Positions 10,814-20,376 of a stretch of DNA of 64,000 nt are shown here, piece after piece. The notes below the pieces were generated by a model. The model was not told the origin of the DNA and did not search any database. It was given only the letters and a program-made list of their open reading frames with translations. Source of the stretch: Campylobacteraceae bacterium. GTDB lineage: Bacteria > Campylobacterota > Campylobacteria > Campylobacterales > Arcobacteraceae. A program made the position numbers and the translations under genes. The stretch's first letter is position 1. Every line of letters starts with the position of its first letter. The stretch lies in assembly GCA_013215945.1 (NCBI GenBank), contig JABSOM010000010.1, positions 1-64,000 on the forward strand, read 5' to 3'.

Positions 10814-11488
10814 ATGAAACTAGAAGATTTAAGTATACTTTATGCAGAAGATGAAGAAGGAATATCTCAAACAGTAGGAGAAGTACTTGAACTGTATGTG
10901 AACAAAGTCATTTATGCTAAAGATGGACAAGAAGCTTTAGAACTTTATACTATATACAAACCCAATATTTTATTATTGGATATCTCTATGCCCAAAATAA
11001 ATGGCCTGGAAGTTTTAAAAACAATTAGAGAAACAGACCTTTTTACCCCTGTTATTATTATGACCGCCCATACAGAACAAGATTATTTATTAAATGCGGT
11101 AGAACTCTATATTACAAAATATTTAATCAAACCCTTTGATAAACATGCGCTGGAGAATGCATTGGATAAATGTGTAGATCTTATTTCTAAAAAACTAAAA
11201 GAGGTGATTCTTTTAAAAGAGAATATCACTTATGATATAAAAGCCAAAAGTATAGAAAAAGAGGGAAAGATAACTATTTTAAATAAAAAAGAGTCTTTGT
11301 TGTTAAACCTTTTGTTAAAAAATTCACCCCATATTGTTTCTTATGAAGAAATCGAGTATCATTTGTGGCCAGATATCGCTGTTAGTAAAGAAGCTTTTAA
11401 ATCCCTCATAAAAGATTTACGAAAAAAAACATCAAAAGACTTAATTATAAATATTTCTCAAACAGGATATAAACTTGAAAAACTTTAA
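10814..11488 (+). CDS. Two-component response regulator (receiver + winged-helix DNA-binding)
   Basis: ILYAEDEEG...LLLDISMP receiver motifs; C-terminal OmpR-like wHTH; overlaps downstream kinase gene. Confidence 0.75.
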   Translation: MKLEDLSILYAEDEEGISQTVGEVLELYVNKVIYAKDGQEALELYTIYKPNILLLDISMPKINGLEVLKTIRETDLFTPVIIMTAHTEQDYLLNAVELYITKYLIKPFDKHALENALDKCVDLISKKLKEVILLKENITYDIKAKSIEKEGKITILNKKESLLLNLLLKNSPHIVSYEEIEYHLWPDIAVSKEAFKSLIKDLRKKTSKDLIINISQTGYKLEKL

Positions 11489-13160
11489 GTTTACCATGAA
11501 AAGTAAGAGTCTCTTTTTTATTCTTTTTTTAATTTCAATACTTTTATTGACTCTTTATTATCAGAATAAAAGCTCTAATAAATCTTATTTGTATTTATTA
11601 CAAAACAATTATAAAAATACTTTAGATAATTTTTACTCTACTTTTAGGCACAAACTAGAGAATTCTTATGCAAACTTAAATTTTTCACTAGAAAATGATG
11701 TATTATTTGACTTACTTGATGGACAAAAAAATACAGAAATCAAAAACTATGAGAACTACCTCCTTAAAAAATTCAAAAACAAAAATACCTACTTAGACTA
11801 CATTAACATCACTCTTATAGAGAAAAATAAAATACATTTTAAAAGCTACTCTTTGACAAAAAGAAACAATCATATTTATATAAAATTATCTTATTTACTT
11901 AAAAGTAAAAAATCTTCTTATGCCAGAGTCGATTATTTTCTTACTTCAAAACTTTTATTAAAAAGTGTCAAAATGTATAATAATTCAGAAGGTGTAATAT
12001 ATTTTGAAGATAAAAACAAAAATCTGCTTGAAACGTATTTGGATGAAAATCGTAATAATGAAACGTTTTCTATTTTACTTGAAAACTGCCGAGAGGAACA
12101 CACAGAGCTTAAAAAAATAAAAGGCAAGTTTTATATCAGTAAAATTCTAAATTTGGAAGTTTTGGAAACGAAAAGTGCCTATCAAGCTGTTTTTTTTCTT
12201 GATGTTACAAAAGAAAAAAATGAATATATATCTTTGGTCAAAAATTCTCTTATTGTTTCTTTATTATTGTTTGTTTTTGCAGCAATCTCTGTTAATTTTT
12301 ATTTAAACTATTTAATAAATAGAATTAGCAAAAATGAAAATGACGTAAAACAAATCAATAAGAACTTAGAAAAAACGATTTCTAAAGAAATTACCAAACG
12401 CCTAAAAATACAGCAAAATGCACTAGAAGAAAAACAAAAGAATGAACAAATCTTAATACAACAATCAAAACTTGCCATGATGGGAGAAATGATTGCAAAT
12501 ATAGCCCATCAATGGAGACAGCCTCTTATGCAACTAAGTGCTATTTTTATGTATTTAGATGTGTATCAAGAAAAAGGAAAACTAAATAAAGAGAGATTTG
12601 ATAAAAAAATCAAAGATTCTGTACAAATAATTGATTATATGTCTAAAACAATTGAAGATTTTAGAAATTATTTTAAACCAGAAAAACAAAAAGAAGTATT
12701 TTATATCAAAGAATCCTTAGACTCTGCGCTTTTTATAATAGATGCCTCTTTAAAACATTCTTTTATTGAAACAAAGGTAATTTGTAAGCACAATAAAATA
12801 AAGATTAAAAGCTATAAAAATGAGTTTTCTCAAGCTTTGTTAAATATTATTTCCAATGCTAAAGATATTCTTATACAAAGAAAAATAAAAGACCCAAAAA
12901 TTACTATTACACTTTGTGAAAATCCAACAGAAACAATTATTAGTATCCAAGACAACGCACAAGGCATAGATGAAAAAATAATTGATAAAATTTTTGAGCC
13001 TTATTTTACGACTAAACATAAAGCCTTAGGAACTGGTATTGGTTTATATATGAGTAAAATGATTATTGAAAAACACAGTAATAATACACTTGTAGTTGAA
13101 AATACAGAAAATGGAGCTAAATTTATTATCACCATCCCTCATAAAAAAGAAGAGACATAA
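11475..13160 (+). CDS. Sensor histidine kinase (2 TM, periplasmic domain, HisKA H-box IAHQWRQPL, HATPase_c)
   Basis: TM segments near N-term and ~aa 250, H-box HQWRQP, G-boxes GTGIGLYMS. Confidence 0.75.
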   Translation: MKNFKFTMKSKSLFFILFLISILLLTLYYQNKSSNKSYLYLLQNNYKNTLDNFYSTFRHKLENSYANLNFSLENDVLFDLLDGQKNTEIKNYENYLLKKFKNKNTYLDYINITLIEKNKIHFKSYSLTKRNNHIYIKLSYLLKSKKSSYARVDYFLTSKLLLKSVKMYNNSEGVIYFEDKNKNLLETYLDENRNNETFSILLENCREEHTELKKIKGKFYISKILNLEVLETKSAYQAVFFLDVTKEKNEYISLVKNSLIVSLLLFVFAAISVNFYLNYLINRISKNENDVKQINKNLEKTISKEITKRLKIQQNALEEKQKNEQILIQQSKLAMMGEMIANIAHQWRQPLMQLSAIFMYLDVYQEKGKLNKERFDKKIKDSVQIIDYMSKTIEDFRNYFKPEKQKEVFYIKESLDSALFIIDASLKHSFIETKVICKHNKIKIKSYKNEFSQALLNIISNAKDILIQRKIKDPKITITLCENPTETIISIQDNAQGIDEKIIDKIFEPYFTTKHKALGTGIGLYMSKMIIEKHSNNTLVVENTENGAKFIITIPHKKEET

Positions 13161-13192
13161 TTCTTTTTCTTTATGTCTCTTCTTCATAAGTT

Positions 13193-13540
13193 TTAGAATT
13201 TTTTGGAATAATCTATTCGTTTTCCTTCTTTGTTTAACAAAGGATATTTTTCTTCATTTTTTTTCATCTTTGAAACAATGGCTTCTTCTAAATTAATATC
13301 ATAAGACATGCAGATTCTTAAAAGATACACAGCCACATCTGCAATTTCTTCTTTTAGATGCTCAAGTTTTTCATCTTTTAATTCTAAGCTTTCATCGTGG
13401 CTTAACCACTGAAATATTTCCAAAAGTTCTGCACTTTCTACACTTAATGCCATTGCAAGATTTTTTGGATTGTGGAATTTATCCCAATCTCTTTCTTTTG
13501 AGAATTTTTTAATAAGTGTTTCTATTTTTTGCATATCCAT
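13193..13540 (-). CDS. MazG-like nucleoside triphosphate pyrophosphohydrolase domain protein
   Basis: 115 aa; ERDWDKFHNPKNLAMALSVESAELLEIFQW is the MazG/EEXXE signature. Confidence 0.7.
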   Translation of the reverse strand: MDMQKIETLIKKFSKERDWDKFHNPKNLAMALSVESAELLEIFQWLSHDESLELKDEKLEHLKEEIADVAVYLLRICMSYDINLEEAIVSKMKKNEEKYPLLNKEGKRIDYSKKF

Positions 13541-13596
13541 TTTTTGTCCTTAAATATTTAAGTAAATATATCAAAGAAGTACTAAAAAATAGGCAT

Positions 13597-13635
13597 AAAA
13601 AAAGTTTAGAAAGAAAACTTCTAAACTTTTTTTTG
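13597..13635. terminator. Bidirectional rho-independent terminator (A-run, hairpin AGTTTAGAA/TTCTAAACT, T-run)
   Basis: Perfect 9-bp stem with 7-nt loop flanked by A7 upstream and T9 downstream; lies downstream of mrp stop. Confidence 0.6.
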
Positions 13636-13675
13636 TTTTTGTAAATAATATATTTAGTGCTACACCTGCAGCCTA

Positions 13676-14905
13676 TTAATTACAACCACATCCACCTTGT
13701 TTGGTTTGACCAGACGAGCTTCCTGGATTTGCTCCACCTCCACAACATCCTTGACTACTTGCTTGTGCTGGTGCTGCAACTGCAGCCTTTGAAGTAGTTG
13801 AACATGCAGATACGCCAGGAGCAGTAGTAGGTTGAATCGAAGCATTTTCTGCTTGGGAACTAACCTCATCTACAAAAGAAATTAATTTCTCTGCTGCCAT
13901 CATATATCGTTTTGCTGTTACTGAATTGGGTTCACAAAAAACAATAGGTTTTCCATTATCCCCACCTAATCTAATAGCAGGTTCAATGGGTAAATTTCCT
14001 AAAACAAAAGTATCATACTCTTTTGCAATTGCTTCACAAGTACCTTTTCCAAAAATATCTGATTCTGTTTCACATGAAGGACAAATAAATCCACTCATAT
14101 TTTCTACAATTCCAGCAATAGGAATATGCAGTTTTTTAAACATATCCAGCGATCTTCTTGCATCATCAAGCGCTACATGTTGTGGTGTTGTAACATTAAT
14201 ACCACAAGTAATAGGAACACTTTGAGCAAGCGTTAATTGAGCATCACCAGTTCCTGGTGGCATATCAATAAACAAGATGTCTAATTCGCCCCATAAAATA
14301 TCTCTTAATAATTGTTGAATGGCTTTCATAATCATAGCCCCTCTCCAAATCAAAGCTTGACCTTCATCCATTAAAGAACCCATAGACATAACATCAACCC
14401 CATAAGCTTTAAAAGGTTTGGCTTTGTTTCCAACTACTTCTACTTCTTGACCTTGTAAACCCATCATACGAGGAATATTAGGACCATAAATATCAGCATC
14501 TAAAATACCTACTCGTTTCCCTTGCATAGCTGCTGCTATTGCTAAGTTAACTGTAGTTGTAGATTTTCCAACTCCACCTTTTCCTGAAGATACCATAACA
14601 AAGTTTTTAATTTGTGGTGCAATATTACTACCACTCACTGAATTACTTTGTTGTTTAGGTTCTTCTGGTTTGTTCATAGAAATTTCTACGCTGGTTAATC
14701 CAATGTTGCTAAGACAGGCTGTGATTTCATGTCTTAATTTCATTTCAACATCTTGTGCTGCGGATGTAATATCTAAAATTACCACACAAGAAGTATCATC
14801 TTTAATTTGTACATCTTTTAAAAATCCAAACTCTACAATGGATTTTGAAAAGCCTGGATAAATTACCTTTTCTAACTCTTTTTTAATATCTGCAATACTT
14901 GCCAT
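13676..14905 (-). CDS. Mrp/ApbC/NBP35-family Fe-S cluster carrier ATPase with N-terminal DUF59/MIP18 domain and Cys/Gly-rich C-terminal tail
   Basis: GKGGVGKSTTTVNLA deviant Walker A, CPSCE (CxxC) motif, N-terminal DUF59-like block. Unusual ~60-aa tail ending GCCGGG...GGCGCN. Confidence 0.85.
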   Translation of the reverse strand: MASIADIKKELEKVIYPGFSKSIVEFGFLKDVQIKDDTSCVVILDITSAAQDVEMKLRHEITACLSNIGLTSVEISMNKPEEPKQQSNSVSGSNIAPQIKNFVMVSSGKGGVGKSTTTVNLAIAAAMQGKRVGILDADIYGPNIPRMMGLQGQEVEVVGNKAKPFKAYGVDVMSMGSLMDEGQALIWRGAMIMKAIQQLLRDILWGELDILFIDMPPGTGDAQLTLAQSVPITCGINVTTPQHVALDDARRSLDMFKKLHIPIAGIVENMSGFICPSCETESDIFGKGTCEAIAKEYDTFVLGNLPIEPAIRLGGDNGKPIVFCEPNSVTAKRYMMAAEKLISFVDEVSSQAENASIQPTTAPGVSACSTTSKAAVAAPAQASSQGCCGGGANPGSSSGQTKQGGCGCN

Positions 14906-15087
14906 ATTAATATCCTTATGAAAAATTGTGTTATTATAGTTTAATTAGGATAATTTTTGTCTTAATTAAGAACTATGCGTATTATCACCTTATCATAGCA
15001 CAAGGTAAAGAAATTTTTACCTTATTACTGCAATAATTATTAATTTTTTTAAAGAAGATGAAGAAAAGTAATCCTTTTAAAATATTC

Positions 15088-15747
15088 TTAAATTGCCCAT
15101 TTTTCTTTTTTATAAGCACTGTCCCAAAATAACCATTCCATTTGAGAAGCTTTATAAAATGCTTGTAACATTTGATCTTTTTCATCTTTGGAAGCATTTT
15201 TTTCATGTTTATTGCAAATAACTATCACATCTTGAACTACTTTTTCATATTCACTACTGCCATAAGTATCAATCCAAGCTTGATAGATATTATCTTCTTT
15301 ATTTTGGTGTTTTAATATATAGGCTCCAACTTCTTGATAAATCCAAAAACAAGGTAAAACAGATGCAAGTATTACTGCTACAGAAGAAGTATTCACAATA
15401 GTATGTAAATATCCTGTATATAATAAACAAGAAGGGCTTGCTTCTAAGTATTCATCTGCTTTAAACAAGTCTAAAAATTCTTCATGCAGTTCTTTTTCAA
15501 CGTCCATAATATCTTTAGCATAAATTAAAAAATTATTGCTTTCTTCTTCCTTTATAAGTTTTGAGGAAAGTATTGTAAGAATTCTTCTAAATTCATTTAA
15601 ATATAATTTATCTTGTTTAATATAAAACTCAAAGGTGCTTTTATCCAAAGTTCCTAACATTAGTTCTTTTACAAAATCCAAATTTAAAATATCTTTGTAA
15701 ATTGTTTGATCAATTGAAGCCCATGCTTCTTGTGAAAATGTCTTCAT
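15088..15747 (-). CDS. tenA: TenA/thiaminase-II family protein
   Basis: 219 aa all-helical; WASIDQTIYKDILNL...FEFYIKQDKLYLNEF resembles TenA/PqqC fold motifs. Confidence 0.65.
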   Translation of the reverse strand: MKTFSQEAWASIDQTIYKDILNLDFVKELMLGTLDKSTFEFYIKQDKLYLNEFRRILTILSSKLIKEEESNNFLIYAKDIMDVEKELHEEFLDLFKADEYLEASPSCLLYTGYLHTIVNTSSVAVILASVLPCFWIYQEVGAYILKHQNKEDNIYQAWIDTYGSSEYEKVVQDVIVICNKHEKNASKDEKDQMLQAFYKASQMEWLFWDSAYKKEKWAI

Positions 15748-15904
15748 TCTGCGCCTTATTGAATAGTTTTTTTGTATATTTATTTATTATCTAGCTTTTA
15801 AAAAATCTTTTGATTATATCAAAAAGGTTTTATATTAATGTTATCTTTTTTACTTTATTATTTATATAAGTTACTTTCTAATATAATAGTATAAAAACGA
15901 ATGG

Positions 15905-18376
15905 ATGATTCACATGACAATTGATGAAAAAGCATTTAATAACTCTACTTACACATTTTTATCCAGTGACCAATATGCAAATAATTTTGATAATAACGAA
16001 GTTTTCGAAATTCTTAAAATTTTCAATATTAACAAAAGCAAGGATAAACTTCTTGAGTCTGATGATAATAATTATTTACTTTTAATATCTTATATTAATA
16101 AATTATTTTATTTTAATGAAGACATCCCAAAAGAAATTCAAGATGTTTTAAAATACAATGGAAAGTTTAAAGACATTCTGCATTCATATGTAAAGAAAAA
16201 AACAGACGCACTTATGTCAAATGAAGGTATCACCTTTTTTAGAGAAGTTACTTTGATAATCAATTTATTGTCTATGGGTAAAAATTATAATATTTTTACA
16301 AGTTATGATACCTATAATTTTGATAACTTAGGAACTTTATTTAGAGACTACGAAAGTATTTTAAGTGAAGAGATAGAAAATAAAGCGTCTTTCTTAGGAA
16401 CCTTCTTATGTTATAAACAACTCATTTTTGTTCTTCAAAAACTTTGTATTATAAATTCAACAGACCTAAGCAGAAAAAAAACCATTCAACCTATTCTAAA
16501 TCTTATAACTGAGTCCATTAATATTTTAAAATACACCGTTAATTTAAGCAAAGAAAACCTTTCTTCACTTAATAATGTTCTGGGTATGCTTTTATATTAT
16601 TTTGCTCACTTACCTTATATTTCAACCAAAAATAAAAGCATAGAATACATTATTGATGAATATTATTTAAATTTGGAAAAACAAGTTGATGGGTATACTA
16701 TCTCTAAAGAATGTGATTTTGACGAAAGAGATGAAAAAGAAGAGTTTATTATATTTAAAAGTAATGCCTCTTTTTTACTTTTAGTTTTATTGCAAAAGTT
16801 AGATTCTCGTTATGATGATATTGATTATTTTGAAACTGACAATTTTAAAAGGTGTATACGTTTATACAATAAAAAGTTTTCTTTATTGTTAAAAGAAGAA
16901 CTTCATGATGATGAAGAATCATTCAAAAATAAGCTCTTAGATAACTTCATTTATAAGTACCATGTAAAAAGTCATGAAAAAGTTATTAATAACCATAAAG
17001 ATTTAATAGATAACTTTATAAAAAGTGATAATAAGTACATTATCCAAAATCTGGAAATAGTGCATGATATTCTTTTATTTTCAAATCACATTGAAGACTA
17101 TAAATATTTAAATATTGCTGAGATTTTAATTGAATCACCTTTAATAAAAAACGATTATTATGAGTTTTTCAAATTAAAAACAATAGATATTATAATCAAT
17201 TATTTTATTCATAGCCCAAGTAAAGAAAATATTGATGAACTTATTAATAGAACATTCACTTATATTGAAAAACAAAAAAAGACATCCCATCTATTATCAA
17301 TATACTCTAAGATATATATTGATTTAGTAACGTATTTATCCGCAAAAACTAATATTTCATCAATAAACAAAGCAAAAGATATTTATACTATTTTTATTAA
17401 TATGAACGGTTATGAAATTCTTGAAAATGAATATGTTTATGCAAATAGAATTTTATTGTTGAATTTTGCTTCTTTTCATGCAAAAGAACTTAAGTTAGAA
17501 GATGCCCATCTTACAGATGATATTTTACTAAACCTTGGGAAAAGTTATATTGATAAGTGTATACAATTTGACAGTGTAAAACACAAAGCCATGATTGCAA
17601 GTGAACTTTCAAGTATTACACAAAGTGTTATTTTTGATAATAGTATCACCAAAGAAGACATTGAGAAAAATTTATCTTCACTTATTTCTGAAGAATTATT
17701 TTATGGTTTATCCAGTGTTAGGATTGTAGGATTGAACAATAAAAGCTCAGATATACTAGATAAGGGCTACAAAACATTTGAACTGCCTTTATTGCATAAA
17801 TATTCTATTGAGTTTATTTTTCCTGCTGTTTATGAAAGTGCTTTTTCCCAGCTTTTAAAAAATAATAAACAATTTATTCTAACTAATATCAATAATATCA
17901 TTGCTAACTTAGAAGCTAAAAACTTTAACCAAAGTGAAACAGATAAGCTAAAAAACAAGCAAAACCTCATTGATGACCTTGGTGCTTATGAATACGAAAC
18001 ACCTGCATTGATTGATATTTATGTAGCTTCTTTGCCTTTAGTTATTAAAGAATATGGTTTTAAAGCAAAAGACAAGTATTTGGCTGTATTAAAAGAAAGA
18101 ATACAAGAAATAGTAAAAGATTCCACAATATATAAAATTGATGATTTTACTCTGAGTATTTTATTTCCAAAATTAATTGATTTCTCAGAAATACTTAATA
18201 GGTTGTTTTCTTTAAAAGTAGAGAATAATGAAAAAAACATTGATTTAGACTTTACTATTGCTATAACCTCTTCAAACAAAGAAAGTTTATTATATAATTC
18301 AAGATTAACGCTAAGCCAAGCAATAAAAAAAGAAAAACCATATTTAATTAACATTGAAAAAGGAATATTACTATGA
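15905..18376 (+). CDS. Large (823 aa) hypothetical cytoplasmic all-helical protein, no recognisable domain
   Basis: No TM, no P-loop, N/K/I/Y-rich, predicted helical repeats; stop overlaps start of HDOD gene (ATGA). Confidence 0.5.
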   Translation: MIHMTIDEKAFNNSTYTFLSSDQYANNFDNNEVFEILKIFNINKSKDKLLESDDNNYLLLISYINKLFYFNEDIPKEIQDVLKYNGKFKDILHSYVKKKTDALMSNEGITFFREVTLIINLLSMGKNYNIFTSYDTYNFDNLGTLFRDYESILSEEIENKASFLGTFLCYKQLIFVLQKLCIINSTDLSRKKTIQPILNLITESINILKYTVNLSKENLSSLNNVLGMLLYYFAHLPYISTKNKSIEYIIDEYYLNLEKQVDGYTISKECDFDERDEKEEFIIFKSNASFLLLVLLQKLDSRYDDIDYFETDNFKRCIRLYNKKFSLLLKEELHDDEESFKNKLLDNFIYKYHVKSHEKVINNHKDLIDNFIKSDNKYIIQNLEIVHDILLFSNHIEDYKYLNIAEILIESPLIKNDYYEFFKLKTIDIIINYFIHSPSKENIDELINRTFTYIEKQKKTSHLLSIYSKIYIDLVTYLSAKTNISSINKAKDIYTIFINMNGYEILENEYVYANRILLLNFASFHAKELKLEDAHLTDDILLNLGKSYIDKCIQFDSVKHKAMIASELSSITQSVIFDNSITKEDIEKNLSSLISEELFYGLSSVRIVGLNNKSSDILDKGYKTFELPLLHKYSIEFIFPAVYESAFSQLLKNNKQFILTNINNIIANLEAKNFNQSETDKLKNKQNLIDDLGAYEYETPALIDIYVASLPLVIKEYGFKAKDKYLAVLKERIQEIVKDSTIYKIDDFTLSILFPKLIDFSEILNRLFSLKVENNEKNIDLDFTIAITSSNKESLLYNSRLTLSQAIKKEKPYLINIEKGILL

Positions 18377-19194
18377 AAGATATGATCATTGATAAAATTG
18401 ACTCCCTTCCTCCCTTACCAAAAAGTGTAATTGAGATTGAAGAGTTTAGATCTCTGCCAGAAAAAGAACCTTTGGATTTATTAAAAATCATTGAGCAAGA
18501 TCCTTTAATTATTACTTCATTATTAAGAGTTGCAAACTCTGCAATGTTTGGGTTTAGATCTGCGGTTGAAACGCCTAGCCGTGCTATTAATTTACTTGGT
18601 ATTAATTTTACTATCTCTGTTGCTTTAGGTACTGTGGTTCAAGATTTAATTAAATCAGATTTAAAACCTTATGGTGTAGGAATTGATGCTTTTTTAAATT
18701 CTTGTAATTTATCCTCTACTATTGTTAATAAATGGTTAGGAGCTTCAAACTTTGATTTAAAAGAAGAACTTTTATTACCCGCTTTTTTACAAGAAACAGG
18801 AAAATTTATTATTGCTGAATTAATTATAGAACTGGAAAAAGAAGAAGAATTTAAAGAAGGTATTGCACAAGGGAAACACTTAGCTACATTAGAGCGAACA
18901 TTAGTGGGACATTCATGTTCTACGATTACTGCTAATATTTTTAAACATTGGAAACTAAGTCCTAATCTAGTAACCGCAATTGGTTATGTAGGGCACCCCG
19001 ATAAAGCACCAACAGGATTCAAAGAAAAAGTACAAATTCTTGAAATTGTAAAAATATTATCCAATTTAACCGCTCCTTTAAGTGATGATAATGTAGCACT
19101 TGGATTAAAAAAATGTAAAGAATATGGTTTAGATGTAGCTGCTTTATCATCTGCAATTGAAGGTATCAAAACCAAAATCGAAGACGAAGCTTAA
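18373..19194 (+). CDS. HDOD-domain signalling protein
   Basis: IDSLPPLP.SV..I........L..II..DP.I....LR.ANSA.FG pattern typical of the HDOD domain; 273 aa. Confidence 0.7.
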   Translation: MKDMIIDKIDSLPPLPKSVIEIEEFRSLPEKEPLDLLKIIEQDPLIITSLLRVANSAMFGFRSAVETPSRAINLLGINFTISVALGTVVQDLIKSDLKPYGVGIDAFLNSCNLSSTIVNKWLGASNFDLKEELLLPAFLQETGKFIIAELIIELEKEEEFKEGIAQGKHLATLERTLVGHSCSTITANIFKHWKLSPNLVTAIGYVGHPDKAPTGFKEKVQILEIVKILSNLTAPLSDDNVALGLKKCKEYGLDVAALSSAIEGIKTKIEDEA

Positions 19195-19251
19195 CTCAAA
19201 CATAAGTAACTTTAGCCTATAATATGTAACTTTTTTACACAAGGGGCTTTT

Positions 19252-20376
19252 TTGACTGATGTTACACTAATAGTTCTGTGTGCTGGTACTTCTTCGAGGT
19301 TTGAACACAGAATTAAAAAACAATGGTTGCGTATAAATAACGAGCCTTTGTGGTTAAATGTTACAAAACGTATCTCCTCTTATTGTGAATTTAAAAAGGT
19401 AATTGTTACTTCTCATCCAAATGAACTAAATTACATGAAAAACTTCTCATCAAATATATGCTTTGTTGAAGGTGGAGAAACAAGACAAGAATCAATGAAA
19501 AATGCTTTAGAAGAAGTTGACTCAGAATATGTAATGGTTACTGATGTTGCAAGAGCAGGAGTTCCAAAAGCTATCATTTTAGATTTACTTAATAATAAAA
19601 ATAAAGCAGCCTGCATTGTTCCTATACTAGATGTAAGTGATACTGTTATATTTAATGAAGAGACAATTGATAGAAAACACGTAAAACTTATACAAACTCC
19701 ACAATTATCAAATACAAGTATTTTAAGAAAAGCCTTAAAGAATACACAAGATTTTACTGATGACAGTTCTGCAATTAAAAATATTAATGAAAGTGTTTTT
19801 TATATAAAAGGTTCTTATTCAAGTAAAAAACTAACTTTTTTAAGTGATTTAAATGAGTTTGATTATTTGAAAGGTCCTTGCAAAAATACTTTTATAGGCT
19901 CAGGAATTGATATTCACGCTTATGAAGAAAATAAAGAGATGTATTTAGGTGGAGTTAAATTACCTTGTTCGTATGGATTTAAAGCACATTCAGATGGAGA
20001 TGTTTTAATTCATTCTGTAATAGATGCACTTTTAGGTGCTATTGGCGCTGGTGATATTGGTGAGTTTTTCCCCGACAATGATCCACAATACAAAAATGCC
20101 AACTCAGCGTCATTACTCAGTTTTATTTTAGATTTTGTAACAAGTGTTGGATATGAGATAATCAATATAGACTTAACAATACTGGCAGAAATACCAAAAA
20201 TTAATCCACATAAATTAGATATCAAATTTTCAATGGCAAAATTATTAAATATTGAGCCACAGTTCATAAATATCAAAGCAACAACCTCTGAAAAGATGGG
20301 ATTTGTTGGCAGGAAAGAAGGCCTTACAGTATTAAGTACTGCTAATTTAAAATACTACGATTGGAAAAATACATGA
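19252..20376 (+). CDS. ispDF: Bifunctional 2-C-methyl-D-erythritol 4-phosphate cytidylyltransferase / 2-C-methyl-D-erythritol 2,4-cyclodiphosphate synthase (TTG start)
   Basis: N-term LIVLCAGTSSRF (IspD), C-term GIDIHAYEE...HSDGDVLIHSVIDALLGA (IspF); fused form typical of Campylobacterota. -10 TATAAT at 19214-19219. Confidence 0.9.
   Translation: MTDVTLIVLCAGTSSRFEHRIKKQWLRINNEPLWLNVTKRISSYCEFKKVIVTSHPNELNYMKNFSSNICFVEGGETRQESMKNALEEVDSEYVMVTDVARAGVPKAIILDLLNNKNKAACIVPILDVSDTVIFNEETIDRKHVKLIQTPQLSNTSILRKALKNTQDFTDDSSAIKNINESVFYIKGSYSSKKLTFLSDLNEFDYLKGPCKNTFIGSGIDIHAYEENKEMYLGGVKLPCSYGFKAHSDGDVLIHSVIDALLGAIGAGDIGEFFPDNDPQYKNANSASLLSFILDFVTSVGYEIINIDLTILAEIPKINPHKLDIKFSMAKLLNIEPQFINIKATTSEKMGFVGRKEGLTVLSTANLKYYDWKNT

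Noticed and set aside
15800-15830. Imperfect palindrome CTTTTGAT-TAT-ATCAAAAAG between tenA and the 823-aa gene
   Set aside because: Arms differ by one T; indistinguishable by eye from chance symmetry in AT-rich DNA.
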